Positions 53,928 to 64,000 of a DNA stretch of 64,000 nt are shown piece by piece. Source of the DNA: a virus; the IMG/VR virus record IMGVR_UViG_3300032246_001180, positions 1-64,000 of that record. One strand, given 5' to 3'. Positions within the stretch are counted from its first letter, which is position 1. Every line of letters begins with the position of its first letter. The notes under the pieces are model-generated. The model worked only from the letters and a program-made list of their open reading frames with translations. It did not search any database and was not told the DNA's origin. The position numbers and the translations under genes were made by a program.

Positions 53928-55275
53928 TGAAGACTATCTCAGAAAAGTATTACCGTTTTTAAAGACCGAATATTTTTCATCCAACGTTGAAAGGGTGTTG
54001 TTTAGTGAAATTACATCATTCACAGAATCTTATAATAATACACCAACGATTGAAGCACTTGCATTGGCCGTCAAAGAGAGGCGTAATCTTACGGATGATG
54101 AAGTGGAGAAGTGCCAAGAATATCTTAAAGACATTGCAGCTTCTAAAGAAGAGCAATCCGAAGTTCAATGGCTTACTGATAAGACCGAAAAGTTTTGTCA
54201 AGAGAAAGCCATATACAATGCAGTATTGGGGTCTATTTCTATTCTCGATGGAAAAGACAAAACGAATGACAAAGGTGCGATTCCCAAGATACTATCGGAC
54301 GCCTTGGCGGTAAGTTTCGATAACTCTGTTGGCCATGATTATTTGGAGAACTCTGATGAACGATATGAATTCTATCACAGAAAAGAAGAACGAATCCCAT
54401 TCGACTTGGACCTCTTTAACAAGATTACAAAAGGTGGCCTACCTGCCAAAACTCTTAATATTGCTCTTGCTGGCACCGGTGTTGGCAAGTCTTTGTTTAT
54501 GTGCCATGTTGCCGCTTCGTGTATGTCTTTGGGTAAAAATGTATTGTACATCACCCTTGAGATGGCTGAAGAAAAAATTGCTGAACGTATTGATGCTAAC
54601 TTGCTCAATGTTTCTTTGGATGATTTGATTGAATTACCAAAAGATATGTATGATAGGAAAGTACAGAAGGTCCGTGAAAAGACTACAGGCAAACTTATCA
54701 TTAAAGAGTATCCAACCGCAGCTGCTTCCACAACACATTTCAGAACATTATTAAATGAACTTAATCTCAAACGCAATTTTGTACCTGATATTATCTTTAT
54801 TGATTATCTTAACATCTGTTGTAGTTCTCGTATTAAGGCTGGTGCAAATATTAATTCATACACCTACGTTAAGTCGATTGCAGAAGAGCTTAGAGGCTTG
54901 GCTGTTGAGCATAATGTTCCTATTGTATCTGCGACACAAACTACCAGATCCGGATTTACATCAAGTGATCCAGGACTTGAAGATACGTCTGAGTCGTTCG
55001 GACTTCCCGCCACCGCAGACTTGATGTTTGCTTTGATTTCTTCTGAAGAACTGGAAGAACTTGGACAGATTATGGTCAAACAGTTGAAGAACAGATATAA
55101 TGATCCAACATATTTCAAAAGATTCACCGTTGGTATTGACAGGTCAAAAATGAAACTGTATGATATTGAACAATCTGCTCAAACAGGTCTTGCAGATGCT
55201 GGCCACGATAAACCATTAAATACTTTTGGTGAACGTGAAAGACAACCTAAGAAGTTTAGTGGATTTAAAGTATGA
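53887..55275 (+). CDS. gp41: Replicative helicase gp41
   Basis: AGTGVGKS; ITLEMAEE; IDYLN; SESFGLPATAD; KQLKNRY. Confidence 0.95.
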   Translation: MKLELTILKNLVYNEDYLRKVLPFLKTEYFSSNVERVLFSEITSFTESYNNTPTIEALALAVKERRNLTDDEVEKCQEYLKDIAASKEEQSEVQWLTDKTEKFCQEKAIYNAVLGSISILDGKDKTNDKGAIPKILSDALAVSFDNSVGHDYLENSDERYEFYHRKEERIPFDLDLFNKITKGGLPAKTLNIALAGTGVGKSLFMCHVAASCMSLGKNVLYITLEMAEEKIAERIDANLLNVSLDDLIELPKDMYDRKVQKVREKTTGKLIIKEYPTAAASTTHFRTLLNELNLKRNFVPDIIFIDYLNICCSSRIKAGANINSYTYVKSIAEELRGLAVEHNVPIVSATQTTRSGFTSSDPGLEDTSESFGLPATADLMFALISSEELEELGQIMVKQLKNRYNDPTYFKRFTVGIDRSKMKLYDIEQSAQTGLADAGHDKPLNTFGERERQPKKFSGFKV

Positions 55276-56375
55276 ACCTAACACATGAAGATGCTTTAGT
55301 TTGTGCCAAGGCGTTTGAAGATTATTTTGGCAATTTTGAACGCATCGATGAATATATGCGTGACCAAAAGTTAAATTCATTATCAGAAATTCCAACTTCT
55401 TTATTTCCACCAGAGGACGATTTGTTCTCTGATTTTTCTATGCATCCAAATGATATGGATTTAGAAGTGGTTGAAATACCAACCGAAACATGGGAAACAT
55501 TACTTGCCATTACCAGTTCACATATTAACATTGCGCCTGTAGGTCGTAATCTTAAAGTGGCAGTTAGGGAAAAGAACACAGGAAAGTTTGTAGGATTCAT
55601 TCGGTTAGGTTCACCTGTCATCAACTGCAAACCTCGTAATGAGATGCTTGGACAAGTGTTTACGCAAGATCCAGACCGTGCTAGACGATTCAATGATTCA
55701 TCTATGATGGGATTTGTTATTGTACCATCTCAGCCGTTTGGTTTTAATTATCTTGGTGGTAAACTTCTAGCTGCCATTTGTTGTTCACATACTATTCGTG
55801 AAATGGTAAACAAGAAATACAACATGAATATGTGCCTATTTGAAACTACCAGTTTGTATGGTTCTTCTAAACAATCATCACAGTATGACGGAATGAAACC
55901 ATATATTCGTTATAAAGGTTTAACTGATTCAGATTTTCTACCAATGATGCATGGAAAACCTTATGAGAATTTGCGTGATTTTGTTGAAAGTAAAGTTGGT
56001 AAGATTGTAGATGATGATATCTCCAGTAGAAAATTAAAAATCTCAATGAAGATTATTTCTCTAACTAAGGCCGCACTTAAAGGAAAGCCAGAGTTTACCA
56101 AGTTTATGGAAACAATCACCAACGCAAAGAAATTGACTGAACAGAAAAGATATTATACTTCAAATTATGGTTTTAAAAACTCGGTAGATTATATTAACTG
56201 TGCAACCGATACTCTGATTAGAGATGAATCGTATGACAAATATAACTTAGAGAATGTTATTGCTTGGTGGAAAAATAAGGCAACTAATCGTTATGAAACT
56301 TTAAAATCTGAGGGTCGTTTGAGGAGTGAATTGGAAATTTGGACAAATGATACTAACATAGATATCATCAGATAA
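55272..56375 (+). CDS. DUF4338-like protein, copy 2
   Basis: PSQPFGFNYLGGKLLAAI; FETTSLYG; SQYDG. Confidence 0.6.
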   Translation: MNLTHEDALVCAKAFEDYFGNFERIDEYMRDQKLNSLSEIPTSLFPPEDDLFSDFSMHPNDMDLEVVEIPTETWETLLAITSSHINIAPVGRNLKVAVREKNTGKFVGFIRLGSPVINCKPRNEMLGQVFTQDPDRARRFNDSSMMGFVIVPSQPFGFNYLGGKLLAAICCSHTIREMVNKKYNMNMCLFETTSLYGSSKQSSQYDGMKPYIRYKGLTDSDFLPMMHGKPYENLRDFVESKVGKIVDDDISSRKLKISMKIISLTKAALKGKPEFTKFMETITNAKKLTEQKRYYTSNYGFKNSVDYINCATDTLIRDESYDKYNLENVIAWWKNKATNRYETLKSEGRLRSELEIWTNDTNIDIIR

Positions 56376-56383
56376 ATAGAATC

Positions 56384-57640
56384 ATGGCAACCAAAATACA
56401 TCCTGTAATTAAGATACTCAATAAATTTCCTTACGAACTAAAGAAAAAAAGTCGTAATAAGGAAGTATATGTTGTGCGTGCCAGTAACAGAATGGCCACA
56501 CAAAAAGAAATTGAAGATTTATTGACTAAAGTTAAAATCTACAATTTTAGAAAAAAAGAACCTTCATTATCTGGTAGCACAGAAGTTACAGTAATTGATG
56601 ACCCGCAAACAAAAGGTAACCAGATATTTTTGGTATTCAAGCCTGCCGCTGGTGGTATGCAAGAAACAACCTTAAATTCTACTATTACAGAACTTGCACC
56701 TGCTGTTGGATTTACACAGAAAATATCACCTAAAGATTGGAAAGATTTTTACGACAAAGTTAAGGCTACCGATCCTAAAAAATTAACAGTCTATGTAAAT
56801 GATAAAGACAGAAAGTCTGGTACTGAATTCATTAATAATTTCCCAAAATCTTCTAAATTTCAAACTAAGATGGAAAATGCCATTGGTGTTTTGAATTGGT
56901 TAAAAGATGAAAACAAAAAGAAACCAATTGCAAATGTAATTTGGGGATATCGTGCTAAACCTGATGGTGTAGATTCTAAACACAAAGGTGATTTGTTTGT
57001 AGAGTATAAAGATGGCAAGATGTTGGGTGTATCTCTAAAAGCTGGTGATGAAAACTCTAGTGAACCTAAACTAAACACCTATGTCAATCCTATTCTAGAG
57101 AAATTGGATAAGAATGACGTAGAGAAGTTGAGATATAAATTATATGATGAGGTATATAAAAAATTTAGTACGTCTAAAGATGGTTACGATAAAATAGCTA
57201 AAAGACAAACAATAAGCAAATTAGCTGAATTGGAAAAAATTGATCCAAAAGGTTACAATGATTTATATGATAAAGGTTTGACTATTATTAGAGATACATT
57301 AATTGATGCTTTTCCTAGAGATGTTAAAAAGACAGTAAAATATTTAAGAGAAGCAATCACAGGCGAAGCAGGTGATGTTCCTCTACTTGTTTTAAAAGCA
57401 TTCAATACAAGTGTTAAAGTGTTAACAGATGAAGATGATGTTGGTGTATTCTTAGCTAAAACAAAATCAATTAAATGTTACGCTTCAACAACATCGAAAC
57501 AAGATTTCTTTATTGAATTGGTTGCAACATCCTCAGACAAATTAGTTATGAAATTTTCAGTAAGAACAAACAAAACAGGTGATGACCACAAGTTGGGTCA
57601 ATTTTATAATTTAGCAGTCAAGTTCAACGGAGTTAAATGA
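56384..57640 (+). CDS. Basic protein with PD-(D/E)xK-like nuclease motif
   Basis: HKGDLFVEYKDGKMLGVSLK; Lys-rich; GATAAATA late-like motif upstream. Confidence 0.45.
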   Translation: MATKIHPVIKILNKFPYELKKKSRNKEVYVVRASNRMATQKEIEDLLTKVKIYNFRKKEPSLSGSTEVTVIDDPQTKGNQIFLVFKPAAGGMQETTLNSTITELAPAVGFTQKISPKDWKDFYDKVKATDPKKLTVYVNDKDRKSGTEFINNFPKSSKFQTKMENAIGVLNWLKDENKKKPIANVIWGYRAKPDGVDSKHKGDLFVEYKDGKMLGVSLKAGDENSSEPKLNTYVNPILEKLDKNDVEKLRYKLYDEVYKKFSTSKDGYDKIAKRQTISKLAELEKIDPKGYNDLYDKGLTIIRDTLIDAFPRDVKKTVKYLREAITGEAGDVPLLVLKAFNTSVKVLTDEDDVGVFLAKTKSIKCYASTTSKQDFFIELVATSSDKLVMKFSVRTNKTGDDHKLGQFYNLAVKFNGVK

Positions 57641-57921
57641 TGGCATTAATAGATTTTGATAAACTTGCAAAAGAGTATGACAATATAGAAGATGATTTTG
57701 GATTCTCTGCTGTATCGGAAGAAGAATATAATTCAGTCATAAATAAATCAGCTGAAACAGCCGATGATTATAAACTAAGATTGAACGAAGTTGAAAAGAT
57801 AGTTATTCCTTTTCTAACCAAACTACATTCGACCGGAGATAAAGAATACATATATTGGCCGAATCGTAAACCTTTAATTGAAAAACAAATCGAGAAGATA
57901 CTTAAACTGACTAGGAATTAA
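57637..57921 (+). CDS. Hypothetical protein
   Basis: DDFGFSAV; EYIYWPNR. Confidence 0.55.
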   Translation: MMALIDFDKLAKEYDNIEDDFGFSAVSEEEYNSVINKSAETADDYKLRLNEVEKIVIPFLTKLHSTGDKEYIYWPNRKPLIEKQIEKILKLTRN

Positions 57922-57923
57922 TT

Positions 57924-58637
57924 ATGAGTGCAACGGTGATTATACCGACCACAGGATCCCCTGAGGTTAGAGATGCGATTGAGTCTGTACTAAATCAGAC
58001 TATGGAAACACATTGTTATGTTGTTGGTGATGGAAATGATTTTACACCAAAAGTCAAAGCTATCGTTGATAGTTATGCAGGTAATCCTTTTCTAAAAGTT
58101 TGTTATTTACCCATCAATGTCGGTGGCAACGGATTTTATGGCCATCGTGTCTATGCAGCTTTCACACATCTAATTAATACTGATTATGTATTCTATCTTG
58201 ACCAAGATTGTTGGCTCGAAAAGAATCATGTTGAAGAATGTATTAAAACTATTGAACAAGATGACTTGAACTGGTCATACTCTCTCAGAAGAATTGTTGA
58301 TAAAGAAGGCGAATATATATGTAATGATGATTGTGAATCTTTAGGTAAATGGAAAACATATCACGGAATCAATCATATAGATACTAACTCTTATTGCCTT
58401 AAAACAGATGTTGCGATAAAATTAGCACAGGTGTGGCACGGAGGTTGGGGCCAAGATAGAGTATTTTTATCGGCTCTAGCACAAAACTTTCAAAGATTCC
58501 ATTGTACAGGTTTGTACACAGTCAACTATCGTGTTGATGGTAATCCGGGTTCTGTTAATGCGGAATTCTTTTTGAATGGTAATGAAATAATGAAACAAAA
58601 ATATAATGGAGAATTCCCATGGCAAAGAAAAATTTAA
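57924..58637 (+). CDS. Family 2 glycosyltransferase
   Basis: VIIPTTG..AIESVLNQT; YLDQD; WGQDR. Confidence 0.8.
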   Translation: MSATVIIPTTGSPEVRDAIESVLNQTMETHCYVVGDGNDFTPKVKAIVDSYAGNPFLKVCYLPINVGGNGFYGHRVYAAFTHLINTDYVFYLDQDCWLEKNHVEECIKTIEQDDLNWSYSLRRIVDKEGEYICNDDCESLGKWKTYHGINHIDTNSYCLKTDVAIKLAQVWHGGWGQDRVFLSALAQNFQRFHCTGLYTVNYRVDGNPGSVNAEFFLNGNEIMKQKYNGEFPWQRKI

Positions 58638-59551
58638 TTATCGGTGGTTTTACAGGATACAATTATAACCAACTCAAACCTTGGGTTGAATCTATTTGTG
58701 AAGTTATGCCTGATGCAGCTAAAGTATTGATTGTTGGTGAAGCATCATCAGAAACAAAATCAATACTAATCAATAAAGGATTTTCCCTTTTTGATATGGC
58801 CAAAGCCAATATTCCTGTTCATGTATTGCGTTTTCTCTCAATATATGATTTCTTAAGGACTCGTTGGCAAGATTATAATTATGTAATTACAACAGACGTT
58901 AAAGACGTTTATTTCCAGACCGACCCATTTGAATTTTTAAAACAACGGGGTATTGGTTTAGAGGGAAAGCCAAGTCTGGTTGCTGGTTCTGAAAGTCTGT
59001 TATATAAAGATGAACCTTGGGGAAAAGAAAATTTGAATCAGGCATATGGACCATACATATATGACCAATTTAAAGATAATGAAATTTATAATGTAGGGAC
59101 TATTGGTGGTACAGCTGAATATGTAAAAGATATGGTCTTTAATATTTTTACCAATGCAGTCAATAGACCAATTCAAATTTGTGACCAAGCAGTATATAAT
59201 ATACTGATTAACACTCAACCTTATAAATCTCAAACTTTATTCTGTAAACAAGCAGATGCATGGGCTTGTCAGGCAGGTACAACAGTTGATCCTTCCAAGA
59301 TTCAATCTTTCAGACCATTCTTAACAGAAGCTGAACCTGTTTGGAAAGACGGACTTATGAGAACTGGATTGAATTCATTTTTAGATAATAATATTATTGC
59401 TGGAACGCCACCAGGAACTCCTTTTTGTATAGTGCATCAATACGACCGTGTTCCTGAATGGAAAAAAGTTGTGGCGCAAAAGTTCAAACAAGAAGAATCA
59501 TCAACAACGTCTAAAGATAAAACTGAAGACTATTTTGTATACAGGACTTAA
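58619..59551 (+). CDS. GT-A fold glycosyltransferase-like protein
   Basis: TDVKDVYFQTDPF; NVGTIGG; DQAVYN; IVHQYDR. Confidence 0.7.
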   Translation: MAKKNLIIGGFTGYNYNQLKPWVESICEVMPDAAKVLIVGEASSETKSILINKGFSLFDMAKANIPVHVLRFLSIYDFLRTRWQDYNYVITTDVKDVYFQTDPFEFLKQRGIGLEGKPSLVAGSESLLYKDEPWGKENLNQAYGPYIYDQFKDNEIYNVGTIGGTAEYVKDMVFNIFTNAVNRPIQICDQAVYNILINTQPYKSQTLFCKQADAWACQAGTTVDPSKIQSFRPFLTEAEPVWKDGLMRTGLNSFLDNNIIAGTPPGTPFCIVHQYDRVPEWKKVVAQKFKQEESSTTSKDKTEDYFVYRT

Positions 59552-59553
59552 CA

Positions 59554-60132
59554 ATGGAGTGGCCACCTATTATGCCTTTTGAAAGAGAATACCAAGATGC
59601 TTGTGCAGGTAAATATGGATCCGATATGGTTGAACACCTATCTTGGATTTCTGAAATAGCCGCTAAAGGCGATTCTGCTTGTGAACTAGGCGTTGGCCGT
59701 GGCGAATCAACCAGAGCTTTATTACGACATGATATTGAGATTCATAGTTATGAAATTAAACCGCAAGCAGGTTGTATTGAATGGTTTGAAGAAGCCAGAA
59801 AACTAGGACGTAACATCACCTTACACCTAGAAAGTAGTAGAGTAGCTAGAATTAAACCTACAGATTTTTTATTCTTAGACAGTTATCATTCATATGAACA
59901 AGTTAGAATAGAGTTAGCTCTACATTCTCCAAAAACAAGAAAATATATGATGTTACACGATACAACTTTATTTGCTGACAATGACCAAAACGAAGAAGAT
60001 TTAATTCTTCCAGGTCCTCCGCCTGGTATTTGGCCAGCGATTGAGGAATTCTTAGAAGACAATCCTCATTGGAAGTTAGTTGAAAGAAGACACAATAATA
60101 ATGGCATGACTCTACTTGAAAGAATAACATGA
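59554..60132 (+). CDS. Class I SAM methyltransferase
   Basis: ELGVGRGEST; FLFLDSYHSY; LHDT; NNGMT. Confidence 0.75.
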   Translation: MEWPPIMPFEREYQDACAGKYGSDMVEHLSWISEIAAKGDSACELGVGRGESTRALLRHDIEIHSYEIKPQAGCIEWFEEARKLGRNITLHLESSRVARIKPTDFLFLDSYHSYEQVRIELALHSPKTRKYMMLHDTTLFADNDQNEEDLILPGPPPGIWPAIEEFLEDNPHWKLVERRHNNNGMTLLERIT

Positions 60133-60692
60133 AGACTTTAGTTGATATTATGATTGATAAGAATTTGCGTAATGATTTAAATTATGAGTTTGGAACAGAC
60201 AAAGAGTTTAATCACAAATATTGTACAGCATTTTATGATAAAGAGTTTGCAAAATATCGCAATAAAAGAATTCGACTATTAGAAATAGGCGTACATAGAG
60301 GTGGTGGCCTTGCTGTTTTCCATGAGTATTTCCCTGATGCGGACATTTATGGAATTGATCCAGTAGACTTTGGTGCTATGCAAAAATGTTTACCTTACCC
60401 AAGAGTTAAAGTAATCTATGCAGATGGTTACAATAAAGATTTTGCTGAAGTTTTACCAAAGTTTGATATCATCATTGACGATGGTCCTCATACAAAAGAA
60501 AGTCATCTAAAATCACTCGACATTTACCTAGACAAATTAAATGAAGGTGGTGTATTTGTGATTGAAGATATTTCAGAAATGGAATGGACAGAAGAATACA
60601 AATTAAAAGTTCCGCCTTGGATGACATATGAGATTATTGATGCTCGTGAAATTTCAGGTATGTCGGACAGTATTATGTTTGTGGTAAGATAA
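60129..60692 (+). CDS. Class I SAM methyltransferase (sugar O-methyltransferase-like)
   Basis: GTDK..H.Y; LLEIGV; DIIIDDGPH; GGVFVIED. Confidence 0.8.
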   Translation: MKTLVDIMIDKNLRNDLNYEFGTDKEFNHKYCTAFYDKEFAKYRNKRIRLLEIGVHRGGGLAVFHEYFPDADIYGIDPVDFGAMQKCLPYPRVKVIYADGYNKDFAEVLPKFDIIIDDGPHTKESHLKSLDIYLDKLNEGGVFVIEDISEMEWTEEYKLKVPPWMTYEIIDAREISGMSDSIMFVVR

Positions 60693-61420
60693 TGTCTACA
60701 TTGTCGTTCTTACACCTTGCTTCCGCTGGCAAAAAAGTATCTACTGGTCATATTGTATCGAATATAAGAAAGCATTACCCAAATGCATTTTATTTCTTAG
60801 GTTCGGATGCGGCAGATGACTTGTCAAGTATTGCTATTTCAAACATTACAGACTATAATTACTATACGGAAAAGATTGGTTATCCAAGTTACAAGTGGGA
60901 TAAACTCTCACGTTGGTTAGAAAGATTTAAAGAAGCTTGCCAACAATGTAACACCACACATATAATGATGGTTGAAGATGATGTTTGGATTAAAAAACCA
61001 ATAACAGTAATTGATGAATGGGAAATGTCCTGTCATCACATCACTCATGGGAATATTATTCCTGCACAAGTGATAGATATGATTGAAGAATTTTCTGGCA
61101 AAAAACCTAAGACCAATTACTATGGTGGCGGTGGAGGCTCAATATATAAAGTAGATACGTTTTTAAATAATTATGAAAGAGTGTATGCTTGGTTTGAAAA
61201 GAACCACGACACAATTCAAAGTTATTATGAACCGTTTGGATTTATGGATTGTTATATGGTTGTATATTATATGTTGTGTGGTAAAGACTATACAACTAAT
61301 CCATATTTGACAGACACACATCATCATGCGAATGACGGATATGATTGGGATAAATTTGTTGATGATTGTATTCCAACAATTGAAATTGTAAACAACTATA
61401 AGAAATACTATTGGGTATGA
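60692..61420 (+). CDS. Glycosyltransferase-like protein
   Basis: MMVEDDV motif; cluster context. Confidence 0.5.
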   Translation: MSTLSFLHLASAGKKVSTGHIVSNIRKHYPNAFYFLGSDAADDLSSIAISNITDYNYYTEKIGYPSYKWDKLSRWLERFKEACQQCNTTHIMMVEDDVWIKKPITVIDEWEMSCHHITHGNIIPAQVIDMIEEFSGKKPKTNYYGGGGGSIYKVDTFLNNYERVYAWFEKNHDTIQSYYEPFGFMDCYMVVYYMLCGKDYTTNPYLTDTHHHANDGYDWDKFVDDCIPTIEIVNNYKKYYWV

Positions 61421-62211
61421 ATAATATAAGCATTGTGACCGCCTTCTTCGACATTGGCCGAGGCGATTGGACACCAGACAAAGGCCTGCCTCATTATCTC
61501 CAAAGAACCAATCAAACTTATTTTGATAGGTTTTCTGAACTGGCTAAACTAAAAAATAATATGGTTATCTTCACTTCAAAAGAATTTGTTGAAGATATTA
61601 AGAAAATCCGTGGAAACAATCCCACTCAGATAATCAGAATTGATTTTGATGACTCGTTTGAAACACTTCGTAGTGAAATCAAAAGAGTTCAAAGAATGCC
61701 AGAATATCAAGCTAAAATTAATCCACTTCAGATAAAGAATCCAGAATACTGGAATGCTGATTATGTCCTTGTCAATCTTTTAAAATCTTCTTTTGTTACA
61801 AAAGCTATAGAAGCAGGAAATGTTCCTAATGAATTGGTGGCATGGATTGATTTTGGTTATTGTAGAAAACCCCTAGAAATATCTGAGTGGTCTTATAATT
61901 TTGATCCAGAAAAAATGCATTTCTTTAATATTAAAGATTGGGTTGAAGGTACATACATTCAAGATGTAATTGCTAATAATGATGTACACATTACCGGTCC
62001 TTGTATTGTTGGCGGCAAGAAGTCTTGGTATATACTTGAAAATCTGGTTCATCATTCAACAAAAGAATTACTCAAAAATAATTTGATTGATGATGACCAA
62101 ACTTTGTTATTAATGTCGTATCTATATAAACCAGATATGTTTGAATTGCATAAGGTTTCTCCAGACAATTGGTTTGTAGCTTTTGAGGATTATAATGAGA
62201 ATTTATCTTAA
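61417..62211 (+). CDS. HtrL/YibB-family glycosyltransferase-like protein
   Basis: IVTAFFDIGRGDW; WIDFG; IDDDQ. Confidence 0.75.
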   Translation: MNNISIVTAFFDIGRGDWTPDKGLPHYLQRTNQTYFDRFSELAKLKNNMVIFTSKEFVEDIKKIRGNNPTQIIRIDFDDSFETLRSEIKRVQRMPEYQAKINPLQIKNPEYWNADYVLVNLLKSSFVTKAIEAGNVPNELVAWIDFGYCRKPLEISEWSYNFDPEKMHFFNIKDWVEGTYIQDVIANNDVHITGPCIVGGKKSWYILENLVHHSTKELLKNNLIDDDQTLLLMSYLYKPDMFELHKVSPDNWFVAFEDYNENLS

Positions 62212-62932
62212 TGGTACATCTAATCTAGGTGATTTTTTGAATGGTATGCCCGTTATGTCGGGTATTTGTAAACACTATGGCAAATATTCTTTAACTATTA
62301 AAAAAGAAATGAAGAAGTTTAAAGGCCTTGTCGAATTTCTTATGTACCAAGATTTGTTTACTGAGGTTGTATTTGATGATGAGGTGTTTATGTATGGTGA
62401 TATCATACAAATGAGTTCTTGGCCTATCAGAGAAGACAAGAATGATCCAAACAGACCAACCGAAACTTGTCGTTATGAAAACTTTATAAAAGATAATTTC
62501 GGAATGATGTTTGATGTGGACGATAATTTTACAATAAAAACACCAGACTATGATATTAAGGTGAAAGATACTTATTATGTTGGCGATAGATGGTCTGTTG
62601 GTGAGATTGATACTCGCAGAGAAACACATATTCTATCACACTTAACAAATTGTGAGTTTATTGATTTTGAAAGACCTATGTTGGAGAATGCTTATATCAT
62701 TAAGAATCTAACAAAGCCTTTCATCACAAATTTTACAGGTGTTGGTATGTTGGCGGACCTACTCAATAAAGAATTGTATTGTGTATGGAAAGCAGAAGAT
62801 TGGAGACCTGAACACCGAGTTGGTGATAACATTTCTTGGGACAATGGTAAGAACATTAATCAAATATTTGAAAAACACTTTTACTTGAATCGTAAAGCAA
62901 AATTGGTTCACGCTTCAGAACTATCACTATGA
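62195..62932 (+). CDS. GT-B-like hypothetical protein
   Basis: NLGDFLN N-motif; TGVGMLADL; cluster context. Confidence 0.45.
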   Translation: MRIYLNGTSNLGDFLNGMPVMSGICKHYGKYSLTIKKEMKKFKGLVEFLMYQDLFTEVVFDDEVFMYGDIIQMSSWPIREDKNDPNRPTETCRYENFIKDNFGMMFDVDDNFTIKTPDYDIKVKDTYYVGDRWSVGEIDTRRETHILSHLTNCEFIDFERPMLENAYIIKNLTKPFITNFTGVGMLADLLNKELYCVWKAEDWRPEHRVGDNISWDNGKNINQIFEKHFYLNRKAKLVHASELSL

Positions 62933-63630
62933 CAACAATTATTAATATTGAACCAGATACCTTTGGTGGTCCTTTACGCAATGGTGATATGCTTGGTGTT
63001 GCAAATGTTGTAGAACATCTTAGAAATAGTAACAAAGATCCAAATATAAAATTCTACATCGAATCTCATGGTATAAACCCAGCAGAATACAACAAACAAT
63101 TTTACGAATTTCTATTAGAGAAAACAAATTACTTTACTACTATTCCTGGTAAACAATCTTTATCGTGGCGCAAAGTTAATGTTTGGGATTTCAGAGATGT
63201 GTGTGGTGATTTGGTTAAAATAAAAAACACACATACAAAAGAAAAAAAGATAGTAATATCTCCACTATTTGATGCACCATATAATCAATACAGAAATTGG
63301 CCAACAGAGTTATTTCTCCAATTAGTTAAAAAATATGATAACTTTTACGGTGAAAAAATTATTGTCAATCCTAAACCTTTTAACATTATTGGTTGGAAAG
63401 ATAGTGTAGATTTTAAAGAAAGTTTAAAACATATTATGACGGCTGAGATTTATATTGGTGGTGATACTGGACTATCTCATTTCGTTGGCGCCTTAGACCG
63501 AGGACCAGAACCAATTTATTATTACTCCAGCCGAGGCCTTCTACATACTACACCCCTTTATTGGATGACGGAGAAAAAGGGAACGATGAAAACATATTGG
63601 TTAGATTTTGAAGGAACAAAATGGCAATGA
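62929..63630 (+). CDS. GT9-like glycosyltransferase
   Basis: RNGDML; RNWP; YIGGDTGLSHFVGAL. Confidence 0.65.
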   Translation: MTTIINIEPDTFGGPLRNGDMLGVANVVEHLRNSNKDPNIKFYIESHGINPAEYNKQFYEFLLEKTNYFTTIPGKQSLSWRKVNVWDFRDVCGDLVKIKNTHTKEKKIVISPLFDAPYNQYRNWPTELFLQLVKKYDNFYGEKIIVNPKPFNIIGWKDSVDFKESLKHIMTAEIYIGGDTGLSHFVGALDRGPEPIYYYSSRGLLHTTPLYWMTEKKGTMKTYWLDFEGTKWQ

Positions 63631-64000
63631 AAAAAGTATTCATAACAGGTGTTGCAGGATTTTTAGGTAGTCATTTGGCTGACGCATTTTTGGCCAAAGG
63701 TTATCAAGTCGCAGGCATTGATAATTTATTAGGAGGTTATCGTGATAATGTGCCTGATAATGTTGAATTTTATGATTGCGATTTATTGCATCTCAACCGA
63801 CTAAAAGATATGATGGCAGATTGTGATGTTGTATATCATACAGCCTGTACTGCATATGAAGGTCTATCAGTATTTTCTCCATCTCTTATTGTACAGAACA
63901 CAACACAAATTGCTGTCAATGCAATGACTGCCGCTATTCAAGCGGGTGTTCCCAAGTTTGTACATTGTTCTTCTATGGCAAGATATGGTACACAAGAAAT
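63627..64000 (+). CDS. NAD-dependent epimerase/dehydratase (truncated by window end)
   Basis: MKKVFITGVAGFLGSHLA; IDNL; CSSMARYG. Confidence 0.85.
   Translation, partial: MKKVFITGVAGFLGSHLADAFLAKGYQVAGIDNLLGGYRDNVPDNVEFYDCDLLHLNRLKDMMADCDVVYHTACTAYEGLSVFSPSLIVQNTTQIAVNAMTAAIQAGVPKFVHCSSMARYGTQE

Noticed and set aside
10977-55275. Introns, inteins or homing endonucleases in gp17, gp20, gp23, gp46, gp43, uvsX or gp41
   Set aside because: ORFs are continuous and of ordinary length; no HNH, GIY-YIG or LAGLIDADG motifs recognised.
307-62629. Many short minus-strand and alternative-frame ORFs nested in core genes
   Set aside because: Shadow ORFs of codon-biased + strand genes; only 7183-7803 has protein motifs and a promoter.

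Overview
AT-rich fragment of a large T4-like myophage genome, almost entirely coded on the + strand. Sigma70-type promoters, rrn-type boxA and ADP-heptose genes point to a Gram-negative, probably proteobacterial host (inference). Gene order: tail-fibre/accessory module with a 52-Cys Gly-rich protein and modification enzymes (1-7.8 kb); T4 core virion genes gp13-gp23 and gp3 (7.9-22 kb); uvsY, uvsW, gp55, gp47, gp46, def, gp45, gp44, gp62, regA, hsp20 (22-36 kb); split carbamoyltransferase, ADP-heptose genes, rubrerythrin/rubredoxin and dCMP deaminase (36-42 kb); 26 tRNAs covering all 20 amino acids (42.2-47.1 kb); gp43, uvsX, gp40, gp41 (47-56 kb); glycosyl/methyltransferase cluster (58-64 kb). 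The strongest candidate for a new system is the control of the tRNA array. Two leader-peptide attenuators (short ORF, antiterminator, intrinsic terminator) lie upstream of tRNA genes. A Leu-codon-rich leader precedes the two tRNA-Leu genes, and a probably leaderless 47-codon ORF containing all 20 amino acids in its first 36 codons precedes the main array. The array also carries boxB/boxA antitermination signals, three stem-enclosed structured RNAs, a Lys-rich micro-ORF running into tRNA-Lys and a 67-nt tRNA-Gly-like RNA with its own promoter. All product calls come from motif and synteny recognition by eye; no searches or folding programs were run.
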